Assembly (NCBI GenBank): GCA_951406725.2 | Contig: OX597824.1 | Span: forward strand, 96,844,001-96,908,000 | Origin: Octopus vulgaris | Lineage: Eukaryota | Direction: 5' to 3' | DNA length: 64,000 nt | In this document: positions 44,133 to 58,278 of the stretch, piece by piece | Position numbering within the stretch: position 1 is the stretch's first letter | Layout: every line of letters begins with the position of its first letter | Made by a program: the position numbers and the translations under genes | Notes under the pieces: model-generated | Seen by the model: only the letters and a program-made list of their open reading frames with translations | Told to the model about the DNA's origin: nothing | The model's database searches: none

Positions 44133-44606
44133 CTTAAATACCACGCAAAAAGTGAAGAGTGGAGAGATGCAGAAAACTCACTGAAAAGTACACAATCGTA
44201 TGCTGAGATTTTGACAAAGCGCTTAATTAATCGTTTTAATGAATTAATAATAAAAAAAATGTCTTACAAAACATGTATATGAGTGCGTGTGTGTGTGTAA
44301 AGGATAAAAGTCGCAATGACTAACAAATATATAAGATCAAAAGTAAAATACCCTTCATCAGCCGCCTTTCTAAAAATCTTTGCAATTCCGACGCCTAAGC
44401 GCGGATATCCTATTCCTAGTAATATTAAAAACGATCGGCTGCGGTTGCTTCGGATTGATACCATTGGGATCAGACACAATATACATGAAAATAACGAAGT
44501 GTATAGAGTCAACATCTGATGGAATATACAAAAATAAAATGTCTTCAGTAATTGTTGAATAAAAACTTCACCGCACACCCAAAGATATACATACTTATCT
44601 GTATGA

Positions 44607-44653
<47 letters not shown>

Positions 44654-44708
44654 AACAAACATATGCATAGATATGTACATGGATACTACTTATAAATATG
44701 TTTGCGTA

Positions 44709-44780
<72 letters not shown>

Positions 44781-44782
<2 letters not shown>

Positions 44783-44910
44783 TTACTCAGAGTTTCACGT
44801 TCCCGTTCGTCGGACAGTTTTATTAAAACGGAACAGAAATGATGATATAATTACTGTTCCATTTTAACAAAACTGTCCGACAAACAGGGAACATGAAACT
44901 CTGAGTAACA
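44781..44910. repeat. 56/57-bp inverted repeat (hairpin) with a 17-nt loop
   Basis: Arms 44781-44836 and 44854-44910 are reverse complements with 4 substitutions and 1 indel. Confidence 0.95.
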
Positions 44911-45061
44911 GCTTTTGTTATATTTCTGCTGTTTTTAAATAAAGCATATTATTCTACCTCTGGCATTTGAGTACTTCTTTTTCTCCACCTTGCTTCACAT
45001 TTATGTGCTTACTCCGATATATATATATCTATCTATATATATATATATGTGTGTGTGTGTT

Positions 45062-45130
<69 letters not shown>

Positions 45131-45275
45131 TTGTATATATATATATATATATATGTACACACCCACATATATATATATATATATATATATCTGTATGTCT
45201 CTTTATTCATACATCTCTCTCTCTCTCTCTCTCTTTATATATATATATATATATATTATACATATATATACATAC

Positions 45276-45307
<32 letters not shown>

Positions 45308-45418
45308 GCTTATGTGTGTACATATATTTATTTATATTATTCTCTGTCTCACTCAATCAGTCCGTTTCAATCTGTATATGCATATACACACACATATATA
45401 TGCATGTATATACATGCA

Positions 45419-45511
<93 letters not shown>

Positions 45512-45952
45512 GTCTATCTATCTATCGATCTGTATATATGTATACCGATAGAAGGTGAGATAGATATTCAGACAGGGATTAATAGATTTTGTTTGAAGAG
45601 CTCCACGTTTTTATGACATGGAATTGATGGAGTATTGTTAGCATCTTTAGAAAATAAACAATGGCGTTCAATGGCTTTTCCGCCATTTTGTTAGCCGAAT
45701 CAAACCTTTCTTTATTCCATTCTTCCACGTTTGTTATGAGATTTGGTCAAGAGTGCAAAGACTAAAAGAGATTTTACGTCTCTTCCTCCATTCCTGTTTA
45801 CCATTTATTTGAATTCATCACAAAGCAGTATTATTTATTTATTCATTTCACAGCCAGCTAGAGTGTCTCTGCGTGGCAGCAGCTGATTGGCTGGAAACAG
45901 TAGTCGGTCACGTTTGCTTATTTATCCGCCTGTATGTTTGCCTGTTAATATG

Positions 45953-46005
<53 letters not shown>

Positions 46006-46090
46006 ACATATGCATATATATACATATACATATGTATACATATATATACATATACATATATATACACATACATTATATATATATATATAA

Positions 46091-46124
<34 letters not shown>

Positions 46125-46165
46125 ATGTATATATAGATATATACAATTGTGTTTGAATGTAAGGA

Positions 46166-46210
<45 letters not shown>

Positions 46211-46530
46211 TAATTTGTATGCGTGTATATATCAACATCTATACGTATAGCTTCATGTGTGTATGTGTGTGTGTGTGTGAGCATGTGTGTATATGGACAT
46301 TATGTAAATTCAATAAGCATAAAAATGTCCGAATTATGAAGAACAACATTTCACAAAGTATTGCTTTAATGTCTTAACGGAAGCAGAAAATATGTTAACT
46401 TTTTGCACGTTAGTCTTTCATCAGAAAAAAAGAGAAAGAGATTGAGGGTTATATATGTATACGTATGGATATATTTATATACATATACATATACATACAT
46501 ACACACATATATATATATACATATATATAT

Positions 46531-46582
<52 letters not shown>

Positions 46583-46776
46583 TTGCAAACACACACATAT
46601 ATATAGATATATGCATATATATTTACACTCACACACGTGTGTTTGTGTGTGTGACGAAAACAATAGAGATGCAAATATTTGGAGAGATCTAGAAGTAAGC
46701 AAACTGACCATTGGAGAACGGCACATAGTTACAAACGATCGCACGAGCACACCCACACCCCTGCAGACCCATAGAA

Positions 46777-46820
<44 letters not shown>

Positions 46821-46983
46821 GCGCGCGCGTACATCTATGCATATATGCATGCATATAAATATTCAGTCATTCACCGTCTTTGGCCTTGATCTCCCCTTCT
46901 AGCTTACATCTCTCTAAATATCTCACTACTACTCCTAGTTTGTCTCTCTCTGTCTTACTCTCTCTCCCCCTCTCTCTCTCACT

Positions 46984-47027
<44 letters not shown>

Positions 47028-47048
47028 AAATACACATAATCCAGTTAC

Positions 47049-47051
47049 CAT
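47049..47051 (-). CDS. Candidate ATG-only first coding exon of the calmodulin-like gene (one of several candidates)
   Basis: Animal CaM genes carry only ATG in exon 1. Here ...gtgtattATG|gtaact follows non-SINE, pyrimidine-rich UTR-like sequence. Alternatives are 45802-45804 (aaaATG|gtaaac, downstream of a CCAAT motif) and 48469-48471 (ATG|gtaagg at a SINE edge). Confidence 0.3.
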
Positions 47052-47169
47052 AATACACAATTGGAACTGAAATAGTGAAGAATAAAAGAGCACGGGTGAA
47101 TGGAATTCTGATTGAATGGGAGAAGGGGCAAGAGAAAGAGGCAGAGAGGGAGAGAGAGGGAGTGAGAGA

Positions 47170-47480
47170 GGGAGGGAGGGAGAGAGAGAATGTGATAGAA
47201 AGAGAGACCGAGGGAGGGAGAGAGAGAATGTGATAGAAAGAGAGAGCGAGGGAGAGAGTGAGAGAATGTGATAGAAAGAGAGAGCGAGGGAGAGAGTGAG
47301 GAGAATGTGATAGAAAGAGAGAGCGAGGGAGAGAGTGAGGAGAATGTGATAGAAAGAGAGAGCGAGGGAGAGAGTGAGGAGAATGTGATAGAAAGAGAGA
47401 GCGAGGGAGAGAGAGAGAGGAGAATGTGATAGAAAGAGAGAGCGAGGGAGAGAGAGAGAAAGAGAGGGGAATGTGATAGA
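47170..47480. repeat. 39-bp purine-rich minisatellite (~8 units)
   Basis: Unit GAGAATGTGATAGAAAGAGAGAGCGAGGGAGAGAGTGAG; it explains the 13-aa periodicity of ORFs 46983..47666 and 47045..47635. Confidence 0.9.
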
Positions 47481-48104
47481 GGGAGAAAGAGAAAGTGGGA
47501 GAGGTGGGTGAAAGGAGCGAAGGAGCGAAGGAGTAAAGGAGAGGAATGATGTTGGATGAAGCTGTGTGAACATTCGGTCAGAATCTCCATCTCCACACGG
47601 ACATGTGTGTAACACCATGCCGTGACTGAATACAAAAACTGGGAGCTCTTTATGATGGGGCATCATTGAAGTGTGATCCTAAGCCGAACTACGACCTTCA
47701 CAATTATCACCCACTTCATAAGACATAGCGGTTCGATTGGGAAGAAATATTAAATCTCCATTAGAGTTTATCAGGCGGACGATACTTGCACGAATATAAC
47801 ATTATTCTTGTCAAAGAATTATAAGAATAAGTCGAAAACTCTAAACTGCATTGGAACGTCTTGTCTAATAATTTTCTTAATTAATAAAGAGATTCTACAG
47901 TGCTAAATTAATTTTGTAGAATTGCGGTGATGTGTAATATAAAAAAAAATAACGGATAATTGGAGGTGTAGAAATTATATTAATTAAGTGAATTCATTGT
48001 AGGCGAGGTCAGTAATGATAAGAGTCGAGTCTAAGGAAATTGGGGAGAGTGTGTGATGGAGAGAACGAATGGGTTTGGTCGAATATTTACTATGGAGCTA
48101 TAAT

Positions 48105-48610
48105 AATCCTTTGTTTTATAGGCACAAGGTCTGAGGTTTTGGGTGAGGAGGCCAGTAGATTACATCGAGCTCCCAGTACTTAACTGTGAATTTTTAATTA
48201 TTTTCTGAGATTTTACAAAAACAACAAAAATATTTTCTAATTAGAGGTAGAGTCAACCACAACTGAATTTGAACTCGGAACGTAAGTACGGATGAGACGC
48301 CGCTAAGCATTTTCCCCGTCCTGCTAACGATTCTGCCAGCTCGCTGACGCACTATGAGGTTATAATGATGGTGGAGGGGCTATGGCCATTACATTCACCG
48401 AAGACTGATACTTGTTTTTTCGACCCCGAAAGAATGAAAGGAAAAATCTGCCAAACGCGCCACCTTACCATGAAGTTATACGGCTTCGAATTTTGTGACA
48501 AGGGCAGCAATTTTGGGGGAGGGGGATAGTCGATTACATTGACCCCAGTGTTCAACTGGTACTTCTTTTATCGACCCAGAAAGGATGAAAGGCAGAGACG
48601 ATGAAAGGCA
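48105..48610 (-). mobile_element. Cluster of SINE family A copies
   Basis: Reverse core segments recur three times. Confidence 0.75.
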
Positions 48611-48879
48611 GTGGCATTCTTTACTCGTTGTGCGTCACCAAGCCTAGTATGAGCGCTCATCCGGCACCTCTTACGCTAACTCTGTGTGTTTCTTTTACTT
48701 TCTCTCCCTTCTCTCTATATGACGCAAAGTGTGACTGAAAAAAATCATTCAAGCAACCGACCAACCACCCAACCAATATTTATATCGGGCATTATTTTAT
48801 AGATTGATAAATTTGAATTATCTTTTGTATATTTTGTGATAAATAAAAGATGGAGATTTCATTTAAATGAGAATATTTT

Positions 48880-49258
48880 TGCTTTTACTTCTTTCAATCA
48901 TTAGACTGCGGCCATGCTACAGCATCACTTTAACGAATTTTAGCGAAATGAATCGACCCCAGTATTTTTTTGAAGCATGCTGGGTATTCTATCACTTTCG
49001 TTTGCCGAACCGCTAAGTTACGGAAACGTAAACACATAAAAACCGGTTGTGATGGGAAACAAACACAGACAAAAAAGACTCACACACACACACACATAAA
49101 TGCGACGTGCTTCTTTCAGTTTCCTTCCAACCAAATCCATTGAGAAGGCTTTGGTTAGCTTGATGCTACAGTAGAAGACATATTGCCCACGGTGCCACGC
49201 AGAGCGACTCAACCCAGAACCATTTGGTTGGGGAGCAAGCTTCTCACCACGCAGCCAT
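48880..49258 (-). mobile_element. SINE family B copy
   Basis: Matches the copies at 3480-3846 and 31480-31870. Confidence 0.8.
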
Positions 49259-49712
49259 TATCAGCACTATCAACGCTATCACCATTAAAGCTGTATCGAC
49301 AACAAGGTTTATGTCAAATAGCGATAATGTATGATATTGTGTAGGTTTTGTGATCACAGCGGAGGGAAATGGCTTGATAAAAGATTTAGTGTATTGTCGA
49401 AACGTTATTGATAATTTATAATGCATTGTATAGAGTGTGCGTTGTACACAGAATAATATATTGCAGCATTAAACACTCGATGTAATGTTAGAATAAAACA
49501 ACATTTTTATAGATTTATTGTAATGAAATAGATTTAGTTGAATTATGCCCTGTGTTGTGTGTGTGTGCGTGTGCGTGTGTGTGTGTGTCTGCAAAGTCAT
49601 GTTTTGCTATACGTATTTACAGTGCCGACAGCCTGTCGAAAATTTTGGCAAGGTAGTGCTGAGAACGTTTACTAACATATACATATATTTGCATATATTT
49701 AAGTATATACTT

Positions 49713-49851
<139 letters not shown>

Positions 49852-49953
49852 GTCTGTCTGTCTATACATACACACATATACACAAATGTATATATATATA
49901 TATATATATATGTTTGTATGTGCATGCGTGTATGCATGATTTTGATGATTATA

Positions 49954-50061
<108 letters not shown>

Positions 50062-50694
50062 TATATATATAAGTATAAATATATATATGTGTGTGTGTGT
50101 GTGTGTGTATGTATATATAGCGAATGATATAGGGCTTGCTATGACGCCATACACAGGAACAGATTTTACTTTAATGGGTTGTGAAGGCGTAATCTATGTA
50201 CTGCTGGAAATGGGCTAATCTTCAGCAACACCAACGAATCTTGCAAAGTTTCGAAACCCAAGTCTGAAATACTTTGCGAAAAACGCCACCATTTACATCA
50301 AGTATCTCCTAACAATCTGTAAGGGCGCACCTGTGCCAGATGAAGAAGACTAAACTTTATCCATCACTCATTCGTTATTCTCTTGTTTTAACACGTATTT
50401 TCCTCACAGCATAATTTTTGTGTTGTTCGTGAATTATTTGTGTCTCCGTTTCGTTTTTCATTCGGTCCGAGGATAACCTCACAAAACATTACCAGCTGAT
50501 ATAAGGATTTAGATGTCTTCCAAACCTTTTCAGCCAAGAGTTCTTTGTTTTTTTAGTAAGGTTGTGCCTCACGTAGTATTATAGATTGACAACGCATGAC
50601 CGGAAATAAATCCGCAGACGATAGGTTTATTCAAGTAAATTAACCTTTGGCAGGTGCCCCCTGGTTTAATACGAACATTGATTGGGTCTGACCG

Positions 50695-51280
50695 ACGGCC
50701 AGCTGCTAGAATCGTTACCACGTCGGACAAAATGCTTAGTGGTATTTTTACTGGCTCTTTACGTTCTGGGATGAAATTCTGCTGAGGTCAACTTTGCCTC
50801 TAATCCTTTCGGGGTCAATGAAAAGAGTACAAATTTGAGCGCTGGGGGTCGATGTAATCCACCTTACCCCCTCCAACCCCGAAATCGTTGACCTTGTACC
50901 AATCTTTGAAACCAATCATAATTGTTTCAAATTTAGGCACCAACATAGCAATTTTGTTCGCCGATTAAATCGACCCCAGTACTTCACTGGTACTTTATTT
51001 TAATGACTCCGAAAAGCTAAAGGGCAAAGTTGGCCATGGTAAAGTTTGAACCCAAGAACAAAACGGTCCGGGACAATTGCCACAAAGCATATTTTGCGAT
51101 ACCTTAACGATTCTGTCAATACACATTTAATTGTTTCTTACACGGACACGAGAATTAATTTCATCAACCTGAAAAGAACGAAATGCAAAGCTGACCTTAG
51201 CAGAATTTGAACTCAGAACGTGTAGGGTCATAGAGATATCTAACAATATTTTGTGTATCATTGTAACGATTTTGCCAGTA
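50695..51280. mobile_element. Oppositely oriented SINE family A copies
   Basis: A plus-strand copy at 50695-50915 is followed by minus-strand copies. Confidence 0.7.
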
Positions 51281-51399
51281 CCCCACCCCGCCACACAGCG
51301 AATGGCTTCTTATACAAACCTAAGTAACCATCAGCAACTCCCTGGGTATTTCTGTCGCATGTCCTAGGAGTCATAGAGACAGTTGCCTGGTTTCCATCA

Positions 51400-51606
51400 A
51401 GAACAAGTGACCGAGATCACAAGATCATCTCTGAGTGCGGCGCCAGTTCGTTGCAGGGGTTTCCCATTTACAGCCGAGTGGACAGGGGCAACGTGAAAGG
51501 AAGTGTTTTGCTCAAGAACCCAACACAGCAACCGGTCCAGGAATCGAAACGACGATATCCTCTGATCGTGAGTGCAACGCCCTAACCACTACGCCACGCA
51601 TCTTCA
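51400..51606 (-). mobile_element. SINE family C (tRNA head, CORE/MIR-like)
   Basis: AAGTGTTTTGCTCAAGAAC..CCGGTCCAGGAATCGAAAC..GATCGTGAGTGCAACGCCCTAACCACTACGCCAC; a second copy lies at 61140-61298. Confidence 0.7.
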
Positions 51607-52993
51607 CTTAAGTACAAAGCTTCAAGCTTTATTGGAGGGAATTGAACTCAAAGTGTAAGGGAACATAATTCAAAAGGTGCTTTGTTTGACACTCCAATTC
51701 TGACAATCCACAACGCTATTTTTAGTGGTGACCAACACAACCAATAGAGTGTCGCTTAAAATGTTTATATCTTCGTTTCTGTGCCCAAATCTCACCGGTG
51801 ATTATTTACCATTAATTCCCCAAGGCGCATTAAAATGAATACCAGTTCTTTACTCGGGATAATTTATTAAGTCTACACTATCCACTAAGATCTTTTGACG
51901 GACGATCCAACTCGCTCAATTTGTTTGAAATAGTAACCAAATTTCTTTCAAATTAAATTCTATTTTATGTCTAAATACATGTATGTCTGAATCGGTGAGG
52001 GAGACCATTACATGGTAACTAAACCTGGTAGAAATAGCAGCTAAATCTCTCCCAAATAATAATACTTCACTGTTTTACATATGTACGTATGTGAATATGA
52101 GTCAAAGAAGGGAAATCTCGAAATGGTAGCTAAATATGCTAAAAATGTCAGCCAAACATCTCCTAAATCACTTCTTACCAACATAAAGAAGAAAAAGACT
52201 TATTCAATAATGCGGTCTTAGATAACCATGAGCTAGATAGGATAGCCACGGTTGGGTTGGTGCTCAATATTCTGGCTTTCACTGGAAATCGAACTCGTAT
52301 CTCCGAATGGCAAATATATGTATGCTAAAAAGCAATTCTGGGACTCCATAGTAAGTTATGATAGCTTTCTGTTAACCACTCACTTAAAATAATAACAATA
52401 TAAATAATAATAATTTAAAAAAAAACACCGTTAATTTACAAATGAATATTTAAACAAAAAAACAAGTGTAACTCGAACCCACCATCCTCACCACCGCCTT
52501 TGACACAAAAGAAACCTGTTTCTACTGGAATAAATATAATAGCATCAACAACAACAACAACAGCAGTCCGAATGCAAATAGTTGTGTTGTATTGATTTCA
52601 AGTGAAACCAATGCGTTGTAGATTGTTAAAAGCACCAGTTGCGAGTGGTGCATTCGTTGCAGCCGCTTGTCGCAGTTGATGCTGCTCTTGCTCTCCATCC
52701 TCCTCTCCTCTCCTTCCTCTTCTTCTTGTTGCTTGCTCTCCTTGCTGTTGGTATTTTTTCCCGCTGCTGCTGCTACTGCTGCTGCTGCTGCTGCTGTTTC
52801 TGTTATGGTTAATACTACTTCTGATGATCTACTTGTTGCTGCTGTCGTTGGTGTTATTTGCTGTTGCCAATGCTGCTACTGCTGCTGCTGCGGCTGCCGC
52901 TGCTGTTGCCGCCGTTGCTGCTGTTGCTTGCTGTCGTTGTTGCTACTTCCGCTACTGTTGTTGATGTAGTTACTGCTGCTTCTGCTGCTGCTG

Positions 52994-52994
<1 letters not shown>

Positions 52995-53036
<42 letters not shown>

Positions 53037-53091
53037 CACCACCACCACTACTACTACCACCACCACCACCACCACCACCACCACCACCACC

Positions 53092-53141
<50 letters not shown>

Positions 53142-53337
53142 CACCACCACCACTACTACTACCACCACCACCACCACCACCACTACTACTACCACCACCA
53201 CCACCACCACCACTACTACTACTACTACCACCACCACCACCACCACCATCATCACCACCACCACCTCCACCACTACTACTTTTACAACCACAACCACCAC
53301 CACCACCACCACTACTACTACTACTACTACCACTACT
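52995..53337. repeat. (ACC)n/(ACT)n trinucleotide tract
   Basis: Directly visible; gives the poly-T and poly-V ORFs. Confidence 0.95.
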
Positions 53338-55418
53338 GGTGCTGCTGCTGCTGCTTCAGATTCCCGCCAAGCAGACCGGATACAGCATGCTGATTACACG
53401 TGTTAGTTTTAATCCGGGTAGCAATAGTGTTTGACAAGAGAGTCGATGATAGCTGGTGCGTGTGTATCCGTGTGTGTATGCGTGTGTGCGTGCGAGTATG
53501 TGTGTGTTCCTATCACCTCATTGCTGTTAATACACACATACCCACACACACCACATATTGACAAGCAACGAAAGAACTACGTGGCCATTAAAAATCGAAG
53601 CCACTGCGTTTGGAAAATAAAACAATAAACTGGATGGCCACGGTTAGAATAGAATTTGTTTCCGTCTGCTGGGGTTAAGCTTAGGTTTAAGGGTGTAACC
53701 TAGGGATTAAATAGAATCGACAAACACATACGCTAAAATCTTCACGTATTCGGTATACAGTGTTCAACGTTCGCTGCACACATGTTCACTTGTTCCGTGA
53801 TCATGTTCACTGTTTAGCTTTTACGTGTTCCAGTATTCAGTGGTCAAGTGTCCTTATGCCCATGCGTCCAAGCATTAATGTTTATGTCCAGTCTTCATGA
53901 TTTCCGTGTAAGATATCACTTGTTCAGTTTTCATGCGTTTAATGTTGATATGTTTATTGCGCATATGTTCAGCGCTGATATGTTCGGTTTTCCTCCGTTC
54001 ATATGTCCATTGTTCATGCGTTCAATGTTTATGTTTAGTGTTCATGTAGCGAGTGCTCAGTCTTTATATATTCATGTGTTTAGTATTCATATTTTCATGT
54101 GTTCACTGTTCATTGTTTATATGTTCATGTCTTTAGTATTCAGTGTTTAATGCTGGTGTGTTCAATGTTCAGTACTAATGTGTTTAGTATTCATATAATA
54201 TTTCTCCGAGAGACATAGACAGCACCTTCTTGATATAACAATACAAGTGTCTGACTTCAGATCTATAAAAAAGATTCTAAAAACCCTCAGCGTCTAATAA
54301 CATATTTACACTCAACTATATGTATTGAGTACTATTCCCGTTTGTAATTACGAACGCGATTACAATGAGAAAGACGTTAATTCGTTTGTAAGAATTTAGT
54401 GTGGGAACTAGAAGTTTTGTTTCGGGTCGGAAACTCTTGAATTAGTCCTGCCAAAACTCTCTAATTCCTGACAAGATATACAATCTAAAATAACTCAAAA
54501 AGTCACAATAGAAACTGAAAAACATGACTATTGTCTCTGATAGAGTCATTCTTTCAAAGAGAATTCAGAAGGATAATTCTGTATATTTTAGCACCAAATC
54601 CGATTTTATAAAGTTAGAATAGTCATATGCGAAGGATACAGTAAAATCAGGGATTAATATAGCCAACAATTTCTTGGTAAAAAATTTCTTGGAAAATATT
54701 TACGATGCTAAGAAACAAATGAATTTAATGACACCATTTTAAGATAATATAAAAACTGAAATTGTTAAAAAAAATGTGCATATTTAATAGTAAAACGCAG
54801 AAACTGAAATACACAAATCAAAAACTTTCATATCAAGGTTCTTTCTATCTCTTCTGCTGCACACAAGTGCTACAAATACCTGGGTATTAACGAAAATGAA
54901 TCCTACACTGGCGCTGTGAATAAAGAAACACAATGCAAATTACATGAGATTTTTAAAATATGCCAGACGAAGTTTTCCCACAATGCATTTGAAAAGGATG
55001 CAAAGAACAATTTAGTAAAAAAGATAACAGATTCCACAAATGGAAATTTCAAGGGAACCAACCGTTCCTGGTAAGAAGAATACACAAAATGAACACACAT
55101 ATTTGCATACACAAAATGGAGAGAGAAACACGCAAACACATGCACGCACACACATACATATTTTGCTTAGCACTCTACCAATTCTACCAATCCACAGCGA
55201 ATAACAATGAAAAAAATATTATGTAAGAAAAGAAAATCATAAATTCAAACAGTTGAAACCGGTTAAGATTAATACGTTTATCTCGGTGTCCGTGTCCATC
55301 GCAGTCTCGTTGGGAGAGAAGAGCCTATGAGGAATGTCCTACATTATTAGTCTTGTCTTCGCATTTAGAAATAATGTTCCTTACTGAAGAAAAACTGAAA
55401 TAACATTCTTGGCAATAT

Positions 55419-55730
55419 AGGCGCAGGCGTAGCTGAGTGTTAAGTTCGCTTGCTAACCACAAGGTTCCGGTTTCAGTCCCACTGCATGCCGACCAAAGAT
55501 TTGAGTAGATTTGATAGACGGAAACTGAAAGAAGCCCGTCGTGTCTGTGTGTGTGTATGTGTGTGTTTATGTGTGTATATGTGTCTGTGTGGTATGCTGC
55601 GTTTGCCCCCCCCCCCCACAGCACTTGAAAAACGGTGTTACCTTGTTTACGCCCCCCCATAACACAGCGTCCCCATTCAAAGCGGTGCCCTAGCATGGCC
55701 GCAAATAAGTAAAAGATAAAAGATAAAATA
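55419..55730 (+). mobile_element. SINE family B copy
   Basis: AGGCGCAGGCGTAGCTGAGTG..GACGGAAACTGAAAGAAGCCCGTCG..GCGGTGCCCTAGCATGGCCGCA. Confidence 0.75.
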
Positions 55731-55881
55731 GGTGGCCGATTAATTTATTAGTACCAGATCAGCTCCGATAGAACAGGTCTATTACCAAAGCGTTCCATCC
55801 ATGACATTTCCACTTTACTTTCAACACTGTATCCAGGATCATTTTATGCAAGATATCCTTCAATGTTTAAACTGATGAAAA

Positions 55882-56090
55882 GGTCGGCGACCTGGCGGAG
55901 TCGTTAGCATGCCGGACGAAACGCTTAACGGCATTTCGTTCGTCTATATATTCTAAGTTCATACTCCACCCAAAAGCCGACTTAACCTGTCATCCTTTCG
56001 GGATCGATAAAATAAGTTCCAGTTGAGCACCGGGGTCAATGTAATTGACATTATCTCTTAATTGCAGTCCTTGTGTAAAAAACTGAAACC
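55882..56090 (+). mobile_element. SINE family A copy (diverged)
   Basis: CATCCTTTCGGGATCGATAAAATAAG core with the family head. Confidence 0.7.
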
Positions 56091-56446
56091 ATAATTAAGA
56101 TGATAAAATGGAATTTGGCTGCTATTTCTACCACCCCACATAACCTTGTAGGAGCTTGCTCTTTGAACCATCCACCACACAAATGTCAACTGAAAGAAAC
56201 AAAATCTGAATTAATATGACGCGTTGTCAACAAAGAAGGTAAAGCCGAGGATCGAACCCTGAACAGTAGATTCCTGTCGGTGCCTTCTTTTTTATACACC
56301 ACACACCATAATATATGCATCATCAATAAACACTTCATGTTTCTCTCTAACGGTTTATCTTATTGATTTCTATCGATCAGAAACTGCTCTGGCGTTCAAA
56401 CTGCCAGTCTCTCTTTATACGTAATACATATATATACATACATACA

Positions 56447-56510
<64 letters not shown>

Positions 56511-56689
56511 TATATATATATATGTATACATATATATATGCATGTATATATATATACATATATATGTATGTTTATATATATATATGTATATGTATATATA
56601 TATATACATATATATATACATATATATATGCATATATATATGTATATATATATGCGTGTGTGTGTGTATATATATATATAGATATATAT

Positions 56690-56738
<49 letters not shown>

Positions 56739-57022
56739 CACAATATTTCTCTTAGCAGTCTAACCCCATCACTCACGCATACTCTCTCTCTCCCTCTCTC
56801 TTTCTCTCTCTCTCTCTATCCTAAACTCTCCCTCTCTTCGATTTCTCTCTCTTTCTCTTTCACCGTCTAGCTTTTTTCTCTCTCCCTCTTCGCCTCTCTA
56901 TCGCCATTTCCATCTCCCTATCAATTGCTAAGAGCTAATTACATAATCTTCACACAGTTTGCCAGATTCACATATATTCACAATACCACGTAGAAACAAA
57001 TTTCATCATACAGACAAATATA

Positions 57023-57108
<86 letters not shown>

Positions 57109-57146
57109 GCCTGTCTGTCTATCTATCTATCTACCTGCCTGCCTGC

Positions 57147-57190
<44 letters not shown>

Positions 57191-57251
57191 TTCCTCTCTC
57201 TGTACTATATATATATTTATACATAATAAATACCTATATATATAATACATA

Positions 57252-57344
<93 letters not shown>

Positions 57345-57401
57345 TATATAAATACCTATATATATATATATGTGCATACTCTAACAGTGTATACTTACAT
57401 T

Positions 57402-57435
<34 letters not shown>

Positions 57436-57817
57436 TGTATGTATGTATGTATGTGTGTATGTGTGTATGTATGTATGTATGTATGTATGTATGTGTGTAT
57501 GTATGTATGTATGTATGTATGTATGTATGTATGTATGTGTGTATGTATGTATGTATGTATGTATGTATGTATGTATGCGTGTGTATGTAGACGAGTGAGT
57601 GAGCAAAGGAAACCAAAAAGAAGTCAACGGATTTTCGTTCGCGTTATGTGAATTTAATGACCGAACGACTCAGCTCTCTCTACATTTCTTAAGAGTTTCG
57701 TGGGCGTGGAACAAACAGTTCCACCTCATTAAGTGTCGTTGAAGATCGTCATCTTCTGATGAGGTGGACGTGTCCTGCGCCTACGAAATGTGCAGGGATA
57801 TGAATTAAACTGTTACT

Positions 57818-57848
<31 letters not shown>

Positions 57849-58278
57849 TGCACACATACACAAACATGAACGGACACACGTACACACATATACTGGAGTA
57901 TGCGTTGTATTTTCGGATGTTATGCCGAGAATTATAGGCATTTCCTCTGGAGAGACAGAAGGATTCTTTTTATGGTCGGAGATGGCATTTGTAACTCAAA
58001 CATATGATGATTCGAGTCGTAAGCGGAACTCCGACGGTGGTATCGTTACCCATGCATTTAAAATGTCATATCTTGTCTTCTCAGTGAGACCATGCTACAG
58101 CACACACAGACAACGCTTATATTTGTAAAGCCTATAACCTTTGTACATTGTCTCTTTCTTTCGCCGTCTCTTGTGTTTTGTACTTCTACGTCACCAGATG
58201 ATGTAAACCGTGCTATATAAATGCTTTGTTCGTAGCCTTCATGAAGCTACCAAACCTCTAAAACAATCTTGTGGTAAG

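Noticed and set aside
47170-47480. CRISPR-like periodic array
   Set aside because: It has no unique spacers, the context is eukaryotic and there are no cas genes; it is a tandem minisatellite.
52854-53406. Poly-Thr ORF with a Leu-rich leader resembling a secreted mucin
   Set aside because: It consists entirely of GCT/ACC/ACT triplet repeats, has no ATG at the annotated start (TTG) and no supporting exon structure.
54200-55100. AT-rich unique-looking stretch possibly coding
   Set aside because: I found no long ORF and no motif I can identify by eye; it would need a translated search.
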